A stretch of 53,198 nt of DNA from Candidatus Woesearchaeota archaeon (lineage in GTDB: Archaea; Nanobdellota; Nanobdellia; Woesearchaeales; UBA11576), in assembly GCA_016208715.1 (NCBI GenBank), contig JACQXV010000027.1, forward strand, positions 1-53,198. The letters run 5' to 3'. Positions 47,066 through 53,198 of this stretch are shown piece by piece. Position 1 is the first letter of the stretch. Each line of letters opens with the position of its first letter. The notes below the pieces were generated by a model. The model was not told the origin of the DNA, ran no database searches, and was given only the letters and a program-made list of their open reading frames with translations. A program made the position numbers and the translations under genes.

Positions 47066-48037
47066 ATGAGATGTATCTTTCTGTTGGGCGGCGACTATCC
47101 TGAACTTGCAAGAGAAGAGGTTCTCGCGCTTGCAAAAACAGAGCCAGCGGAACTGATTGGCCGAGTCCTCATCTGCGATGCGAACTTCAAGTGGAAACGG
47201 TTAGGCCTGACGAAAAAAGTGTATCGGTTTCTCTTTGAATCAAAGCTCGATAATATTGAAACCGCGATGGAAGATTTTGAATGGAATGGAGTATATGAGA
47301 AGAGTTTCTCTGTGCGCATCACGAACTTGACGAAGAAGAAGGTTTCGTTTAAGGAAGCGGAGCTTGCGAAGTACATTTGGAAAAAGGTGGATGTCCCAAA
47401 GGTGGATCTGGAGTTCTCGCAAACCCCTGTCGAATTGATAGTGACGCCAAAGAAAGTCCTCTGCGGGCTTCTTCTGCACGAAGTGAATGGCGAGTTCTCA
47501 AAGCGCCGCGGTCATCTGCGCCCCGCTAGTCATCCTACGACGATGAACCCGAAGCTTGCACGCGCGTGCGTGAACCTTACTGGAATCCAGACCGGCAGTG
47601 TAGTGATCGATCCTTTCTGCGGGACCGGCGGCATCCTCATCGAGGCAGGTCTGATGCGTTTCAAGGCGATTGGGTACGACATTGATGAGGTTATGCTTCA
47701 AAAATGCCAGAAGAATCTTGAGTTTTTCAAGGTGAAGCGTTTCTCGTTGCAGCAGCGTGACGCCCTGAAACTTGATGAGGATGTACCGTACGTGGTGACG
47801 GATCTTCCGTATGGCCGGCATTCAAAAACGACAAATTCTGTCGAAGCCATGTATGCGGACTTTCTGAGGTTTCTTAATTTGCATCTCAAGTTTAAAGCAG
47901 TAGTGCTGTTTCCACATTTCGTTGACCGTCGTTCGCTGATTCGTGCATCAGGTATATTACTTGAGAAGGAGTTTGAGATTCCTGTGCACAAAGGCCTTAC
48001 GAGATATATTGTTCTTCTTTCAAGAAAGCACCAGTAG
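47066..48037 (+). CDS. tRNA (guanine10-N2)-methyltransferase Trm-G10/Trm11 (THUMP plus MTase)
   Basis: Intact motifs DPFCGTGGILIEA and DLPYG. Start chosen at the internal Met MRCIFLLGGDYPELA. Confidence 0.8.
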   Translation: MRCIFLLGGDYPELAREEVLALAKTEPAELIGRVLICDANFKWKRLGLTKKVYRFLFESKLDNIETAMEDFEWNGVYEKSFSVRITNLTKKKVSFKEAELAKYIWKKVDVPKVDLEFSQTPVELIVTPKKVLCGLLLHEVNGEFSKRRGHLRPASHPTTMNPKLARACVNLTGIQTGSVVIDPFCGTGGILIEAGLMRFKAIGYDIDEVMLQKCQKNLEFFKVKRFSLQQRDALKLDEDVPYVVTDLPYGRHSKTTNSVEAMYADFLRFLNLHLKFKAVVLFPHFVDRRSLIRASGILLEKEFEIPVHKGLTRYIVLLSRKHQ

Positions 48038-48067
48038 TAAGAAAGCAGTAAGAAAATAGCAGCAGTA

Positions 48068-50419
48068 TCACGGCCGCCGCCGTTCAGCTTCAAGAATTAG
48101 TTTCTTTTCAACACGCGCTACAACCTGCCGTATCGTATGCACCGCATCCGGATTTGCCGAGATCGAATCAATGCCTTGCTTGACGAGAAACTCGGCCATC
48201 TCTGGCCGGGAGCCGGCTTGTCCGCAGATGCTGGTCGTCACGCCGTATTTTTTGCACACGGAGATGACTTGCGCGATCTCTCCAAGGACAGCAGGATGCA
48301 TTTCGTCAAAATGTTTGGAAACACGTGCATTGTTTCGGTCCAGCCCAAGCGTCATCTGCGTCAGATCGTTGGTTCCAAATGATACAAATGACACTTTTTC
48401 TTTACAGATGTCCTCCATGATCCAGCAGGATGCAGGCGTTTCACACATTACGCCGAACTCGACGTCGACGCAGGGCTCCATGCCCACTTCGCGCATGATT
48501 TCTTTTGCGTGTGCTACTTCGCTTGCACGAATGACAAATGGTATCATTATGCCCACGTTCGTGTGCCCTTGTTCACGGAGTTGTTTGATTGCTTTAAATT
48601 CTGCTCGCAGTATGCGTGGTTCATCAAGGCATCGTCGGATGCCGTGCCACCCGATCATAGGGTCAGTCTCGTGCGGTTCGTGGTCTCCTCCTTTTAGGTT
48701 TCGATATTCGTCACTGCGAAGATCCGAGGTGCGCACCCAGACTGGTTTTCCCCTGAATGCAGTTGCGATTTTTTCGATGTTTGTGACAAGCATCTGAGTG
48801 TATTCGTCGTCATTGTTTTGCCGGATGTACTCTGCTGGATGGACGCCGTTCATGGCGATCATGATTTCAAGCCGTACAAGCCCCACGCCATCCGCTCCGG
48901 TTGCTGCTGCTTGTTCAGCGTGCGTGGGCAGATCCATGACAACTTTGACTTGGGTTGCGGTGAGTTCTTCTTCTCGAGCAATGTGCTCCTCTTTAGTCGG
49001 CACGTATGCCGTGACTGCTTCTTGCGGTGGCGTGATTACTCCTTCGTATACAATACCGCGCGTGGCATGTACAGTTATCATAAGTCCATCGCTTAGTGTT
49101 GTGGTAGCTGTTTCAGTGCCTACTATGCAGGGTATTCCCATCTCGCGTGAGACGATCGCAGCATGGCACGTCATGCCCCCTTCGTCGGTCACGATCGCAG
49201 CCGCGCGTTCCATTGCAGGGACCATGTCGGGAGTGGTCATAGTTGTGACAAGGACGTCTCCTTTCTTGATCTTGCCTAACTCGCTTGGGTCGTGGACAAT
49301 GACGACGCCTCCAGAGGCAACACCGGGTGATGCGGAGTCCCCATGGAGAATTATTTTTGCGCTCAAGAAGGGATCAGACGCTTGTGATTTTTTTTCCGCC
49401 AGTTTCTTAATCGTGGTGATTGCTCGTGATTGAACGATGAATATTTTTTTGTTTTCCATCGCCCATTCAATGTCTTGCGGTTTTCCATAATGGTCTTCGA
49501 TTCTTTTAGCAAGCGTCGCGAGGGTGAGGATCTGCTGTTCAGAGAGGATTTGTTTGCTTTGCATCTCCGGAGTTATGTTGTTTTTGACGTTTTGTCCTGT
49601 TCGTGGATCGAGAAAAAGCCCCCAGAGTTGCTTCTTGACTTCGATTTTGGTAATTTTCATCGTGTCTTTGTCAACGATGTAGAGGTTGGGGTTGACCGCG
49701 CCAGACACTATTGCTTCACCAAGGCCGTACCCGGCTTCAATGACGACCTCATCAAGATTGTTCGAGACGGGGTTTGCGCTAAACATTATTCCCGACGCTT
49801 CAGAGTTGACCATGCGCTGCACGACTACGCAGATGAGGACTTGCATATGGTCAAACTTGTTCTTCATGCGGTAGTAGGTCGCGCGAGCCGTGAAGAGCGA
49901 TGCCCAGCAGGCGCGTGTTGCTTGAACTACTTCATTGTCACCTCTAACATTGAGAAAGGTTGCTTGTTGTCCCGCAAAGCTTGCCTGCGGAAGGTCTTCA
50001 GCGGTAGCGCTTGAGCGCACTGCGACAAAGGGGTCGACGGATTGCCGCAGAGTCATTACACTGATGTCCCCCTGCAGTTTGATCTCATTGTATGAATTCT
50101 TGATATCCGTTGCAATGTCGTCCGGCATCTGCGCCGACATTATAAGCTGCTGCACTTCATTTGATTTTGCCTGAAGAAGGTCGTTGTTTTCGTAATCGGT
50201 AATTTGTACAAGAGTGCTTTTGATTTTGTCGTAGAGCCCTGTGCGATCAATGAATTCTTTGTACGTTTGTGCACTAACGATGAATCCCGATGGTACAGGC
50301 AGCCCAAGCCGAAACATCTCTCCCAAGTTCGCTCCTTTGCCTCCTGCGATTGGGATGTCGTCTTTTGCGATCTCCTTGAACCAGAAGATACGTTTTTTTG
50401 CCTGCTTAGAACTTGGCAT
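48068..50419 (-). CDS. ppsA: phosphoenolpyruvate synthase (pyruvate, water dikinase)
   Basis: 783 aa. N-terminal ATP-grasp, a central phosphohistidine domain (GGMTCHAAIVSRE) and a C-terminal PEP-utilising domain. Confidence 0.93.
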   Translation of the reverse strand: MPSSKQAKKRIFWFKEIAKDDIPIAGGKGANLGEMFRLGLPVPSGFIVSAQTYKEFIDRTGLYDKIKSTLVQITDYENNDLLQAKSNEVQQLIMSAQMPDDIATDIKNSYNEIKLQGDISVMTLRQSVDPFVAVRSSATAEDLPQASFAGQQATFLNVRGDNEVVQATRACWASLFTARATYYRMKNKFDHMQVLICVVVQRMVNSEASGIMFSANPVSNNLDEVVIEAGYGLGEAIVSGAVNPNLYIVDKDTMKITKIEVKKQLWGLFLDPRTGQNVKNNITPEMQSKQILSEQQILTLATLAKRIEDHYGKPQDIEWAMENKKIFIVQSRAITTIKKLAEKKSQASDPFLSAKIILHGDSASPGVASGGVVIVHDPSELGKIKKGDVLVTTMTTPDMVPAMERAAAIVTDEGGMTCHAAIVSREMGIPCIVGTETATTTLSDGLMITVHATRGIVYEGVITPPQEAVTAYVPTKEEHIAREEELTATQVKVVMDLPTHAEQAAATGADGVGLVRLEIMIAMNGVHPAEYIRQNNDDEYTQMLVTNIEKIATAFRGKPVWVRTSDLRSDEYRNLKGGDHEPHETDPMIGWHGIRRCLDEPRILRAEFKAIKQLREQGHTNVGIMIPFVIRASEVAHAKEIMREVGMEPCVDVEFGVMCETPASCWIMEDICKEKVSFVSFGTNDLTQMTLGLDRNNARVSKHFDEMHPAVLGEIAQVISVCKKYGVTTSICGQAGSRPEMAEFLVKQGIDSISANPDAVHTIRQVVARVEKKLILEAERRRP

Positions 50420-50517
50420 ATTTAACCTCTCTTTTCTGAACCTCTTTTCTTTTGTTAGTGTATTTTGTTAGCGTATATACTTCTGGCGTGTCGGTATATA
50501 AAGTTTGCCTCCAAATG

Positions 50518-50663
50518 GGCTCTGTCCCGAATCTCGCTTACGCTCGGCCGCTGCACCGCTCGCTGTGAACATCTCCGGCGATCTTGTCGCCGAGAGGATG
50601 TTTAAGCAACCTGTTTATCGTTTCAGCTCGCAGGGTGGCAGCGGCACATTCGGGACAGAGCCC
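50518..50663. repeat. MITE-like element, family 2, TSD aaatgg
   Basis: TIRs gggctctgtcccgaat/attcgggacagagccc. Confidence 0.85.
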
Positions 50664-50890
50664 TCTAAATGGCGTTATTGAAAAGCTCGACCAGCACAGT
50701 CAGCACCACCGCCTTTCTGCGAGAGATAGAAGTGACACGTGTGCGCCGACAAGGAGGCTGCCTCGGGATTACGTAAGTGGGCTGCCGAAGGCATGCCTGC
50801 TCTTGAGCTGATAAGAGCTATGCTCTTATTGCGGAGGTGATGAGTGGCGCGTCGAGCGCCGCGTGCCAGCGAGATTTATGACTGAGCTGG

Positions 50891-51436
50891 CTAAAGCGCG
50901 TGCTTGATAAGATCTGATTTTGTGACGATGCCAACAATTGCCCCTTTCTTGGCGACGATCGCCATCGGGTACTGGACCATAAGCGCATGAAGAACCGAGA
51001 GGAGGGTTTCCTCCGAAACGATCGGCGGAGTGTCAGTCATGATATCTTTTGCCCGCAGCGTCTTGAAGTTTTCGCATGCGATGCTTTCGACGATCTCGCG
51101 TTCAGTGATCATACCGATGATCTGGCGGTGTTCTAGCACTGGAATCTGCGAGATGGACTTGGTGTTCATGAGCTTTGCAATCTGAAATACAAGCATCCCT
51201 GGGTCTACAGTCACCACGTGCGTGTTCATGACGTCCTTCGCGCACAATTGCGGAGTGTTTGAGAGCCGCTCGATCGCTGCAAATATTTGCTGGACTCGCG
51301 AGTAGGTTGGATCGATCGCTTCCGCTTCAATCTTTGCGATGAGAGACTGGCTTACGCCTGCTTGTTTTGCGAATTCGGTCTGCGTCAGCCCAAGCTGTTT
51401 TCGTATTGCTCCAAGCAGCTTAAGATCAGTTTGCAT
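50891..51436 (-). CDS. XRE-family HTH plus tandem CBS-domain regulator
   Basis: 181 aa. HTH (LTQTEFAKQAGVSQSLIAKIE) and two CBS motifs. Confidence 0.8.
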   Translation of the reverse strand: MQTDLKLLGAIRKQLGLTQTEFAKQAGVSQSLIAKIEAEAIDPTYSRVQQIFAAIERLSNTPQLCAKDVMNTHVVTVDPGMLVFQIAKLMNTKSISQIPVLEHRQIIGMITEREIVESIACENFKTLRAKDIMTDTPPIVSEETLLSVLHALMVQYPMAIVAKKGAIVGIVTKSDLIKHAL

Positions 51437-51502
51437 AGCAGGAGCAGAATAAGTTCATTATATAAATATTCCGAATGGAATTGATGCCTGGCTGCTTTTT
51501 TC

Positions 51503-51642
51503 GTATTTGTTTAGCAGCGTCGTCACCGACCTGCGAGCTAACGGCTTTCACATCGTCTCGCACGACTCTCGGTTCGGTAAGCGGCTTAACTTACACAGCG
51601 AGCGTCGTGGCGACGCTGCGATGTGAGTAGCTAAACAAATAC
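51503..51642. repeat. MITE-like element, family 1, TSD ttttttc
   Basis: TIRs plus core. Confidence 0.88.
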
Positions 51643-51660
51643 ATTTTTTCTTGTTTGCTC

Positions 51661-51804
51661 GTATTTGTTTATCAGCATCGATACCGACTTGGCTGACGGC
51701 AAATCAAATCAAGTCGCATAAGTCGCAGCATTCTAGGTTATTTACTCGCCGTAACATGCACGGCGAGCGTCATGGCGGCGCTGCGATAGAATCGCTAAAC
51801 AAAT
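51661..51804. repeat. MITE-like element, family 1 (divergent copy); abuts the metK stop
   Basis: The termini gtatttgttta...gctaaacaaatg and the gagcgtcatggcggcgctgc arm are conserved. The interior has diverged. Confidence 0.7.
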
Positions 51805-51812
51805 GCTGACGT

Positions 51813-52916
51813 TTATTGCGCATCAAGAGGAACTTCACTGCCGACGTGCTCTGGTTTGTGCAGCGCGTGCAGTTTCTGCGCTTCTTGGGCAAGCATCACT
51901 GCTTTATCGGTGCGTTCCCAGGTGAAGTCCGAATCATTGCGGCCGAAGTGCCCGTAGCTGGCTGTCTTGCGGTAGATAGGCCGTCGAAGGTCAAGTTTCG
52001 TGATGATGTCTGCTGGTTTCACCGGGAAGTGTTTTCGTATCAGCTGCGAAATGACATCTTCATCCACGCGATTCGTGCCAAAGCAATGCACGAGGATCGA
52101 GACAGGTTCTGCAACGCCGATCGCATACGCGAGCTGCACTTCACATTTATCTGCGAGGCCCGATGCTACGATATTCTTTGCGATGTACCGTGCAGCGTAC
52201 GCTGCACTGCGGTCGACCTTGGTCGGGTCTTTTCCAGAGAACGCTCCTCCGCCATGACTGCCGTGCCCTCCGTACGTGTCGACGATGATTTTTCTGCCTG
52301 TGATTTCTTCGTGGGTCGCGCTATCTTTATGCTGTGTTGATACGACAACTGTATCGACGCGCAGTGGTTTTCCCTCGTCATACTCGATAGTCACCTGGCT
52401 TTTGGCGTCAGGACGAAGGTATGGCAGGGTCCCGTCCCGGCGCAATTCGCGCAATTTTAGTAGGATTTTGTGCGCGAGCATGATAGGCAATGGCATGAGC
52501 TCTGGCGTCTCATTTGTCGCGTAGCCAAACATTAATCCTTGATCACCCGCTCCTTGTTCTTTGAAGAGCCCTTCGCCTTCGGTGACTCCTTGAGAGATGT
52601 CTGGGCTTTGTTCGCGGATGAAGACAAGGACATCGCACGTGTCACCGTCAAATCCTGTATCTGGCGTGTACCCGATTCCTTTTACTATATTGCGCACGAC
52701 TTGTTCGAAATTGATTGCCGCCTTCGTCGTGACCTCTCCCGCGACGACGACGCGATTGTCTTTGACGAGTGTTTCGATCGCAACTCGTCCGTATGGATCC
52801 TGTGCATATATCGCGTCCAGGATTCCATCACTAACTTGATCACAGACTTTGTCTGGATGTCCTTCACTCACGCTTTCGCTTGTGAATAAGTATCGCCCTT
52901 TTTTTGTATGTACCAT
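51813..52916 (-). CDS. metK: S-adenosylmethionine synthetase, bacterial/eukaryal type (MetK)
   Basis: 367 aa. [19 protein letters not shown]-terminal signature and the [10 protein letters not shown]-loop. This is not the archaeal-type MAT fold. Confidence 0.9.
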   Translation of the reverse strand: MVHTKKGRYLFTSESVSEGHPDKVCDQVSDGILDAIYAQDPYGRVAIETLVKDNRVVVAGEVTTKAAINFEQVVRNIVKGIGYTPDTGFDGDTCDVLVFIREQSPDISQGVTEGEGLFKEQGAGDQGLMFGYATNETPELMPLPIMLAHKILLKLRELRRDGTLPYLRPDAKSQVTIEYDEGKPLRVDTVVVSTQHKDSATHEEITGRKIIVDTYGGHGSHGGGAFSGKDPTKVDRSAAYAARYIAKNIVASGLADKCEVQLAYAIGVAEPVSILVHCFGTNRVDEDVISQLIRKHFPVKPADIITKLDLRRPIYRKTASYGHFGRNDSDFTWERTDKAVMLAQEAQKLHALHKPEHVGSEVPLDAQ

Positions 52917-53058
52917 TATTGCACCCCGCTTTTGCTCGTTTCTTAGACTTTTAGATTTTTTGTGATGGTCTCTTCCCGTCTTTTATAAATACTTGTGCAA
53001 GAATTATTCTGTTTGGAATACGTCTCTTCTGGGCAAGAATGCAATTAATAATAAAAAA

Positions 53059-53198
53059 GTATTTGTTTAGCAGCGTCGCCACCGACCTGCGAGCTAACGG
53101 CTTTCACATCGTCTCGCACGATTCTCGGTTCGGTAAGCGGCTTAACTTACACAGCGAGCGTCGTGGCGACGCTGCGATGTGAGTAGCTAAACAAATAC
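53059..53198. repeat. MITE-like element, family 1 (runs to the window edge)
   Basis: Near-identical to 51503-51642. Confidence 0.85.

Noticed and set aside
7838-53198. Possibility that the dispersed repeats form a CRISPR array
   Set aside because: The repeats are 140-210 bp and imperfect. They are irregularly spaced tens of kb apart, have terminal inverted repeats and flanking TSDs, and there are no cas genes. This is not CRISPR.

Overview
This 53.2 kb window is an archaeal chromosomal segment, dominated by conserved housekeeping genes with small repeat elements scattered between them. The assignment to Archaea rests on the gene set: topoisomerase VI A/B, archaeal-type DnaG, Hjc, EndA, FEN-1, ABCE1/RLI, RIO kinase with a KH/Dim2 protein, archaeal RNase J, Trm-G10, and class-typical tRNAs. 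The window is rich in DNA/RNA-processing genes: top6B-top6A, dnaG, hjc, fen1, gyrA (no gyrB in the window), scpA-like/scpB, endA, rnz, rnj, trmI, trm5, two THUMP methyltransferases, ABCE1 and a Fap7-like kinase. Metabolic and membrane genes include PEP synthase, a bacterial-type MetK, a 6TM K+ channel, UPF0016, CutA and SPFH. I identified three canonical tRNAs: Arg-TCT, Leu-CAA and Pro-CGG. A fourth, Thr-CGT-like, has an odd T-loop and a duplicated 3' fragment. The most distinctive non-coding content is three families of short inverted-repeat elements that behave like MITEs. Together they number at least 14 copies or fragments, many with 6-8 bp target-site duplications, two nested into each other, all in intergenic positions. 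Candidates for undescribed biology, beyond the MITEs, are: (1) a tandem array of three small paralogous proteins sharing a novel domain (27653-28954); (2) an orphan 751-aa FlaJ/TadC-like (T2SSF) membrane protein; (3) a voltage-sensor-like membrane protein lacking a pore, divergent from the K+ channel; (4) a THUMP methyltransferase paralogue that has lost its catalytic motifs; (5) an uncharacterised winged-helix plus nuclease-like protein between rnz and fen1. No CRISPR array, rRNA, integrase or transposase gene is present.
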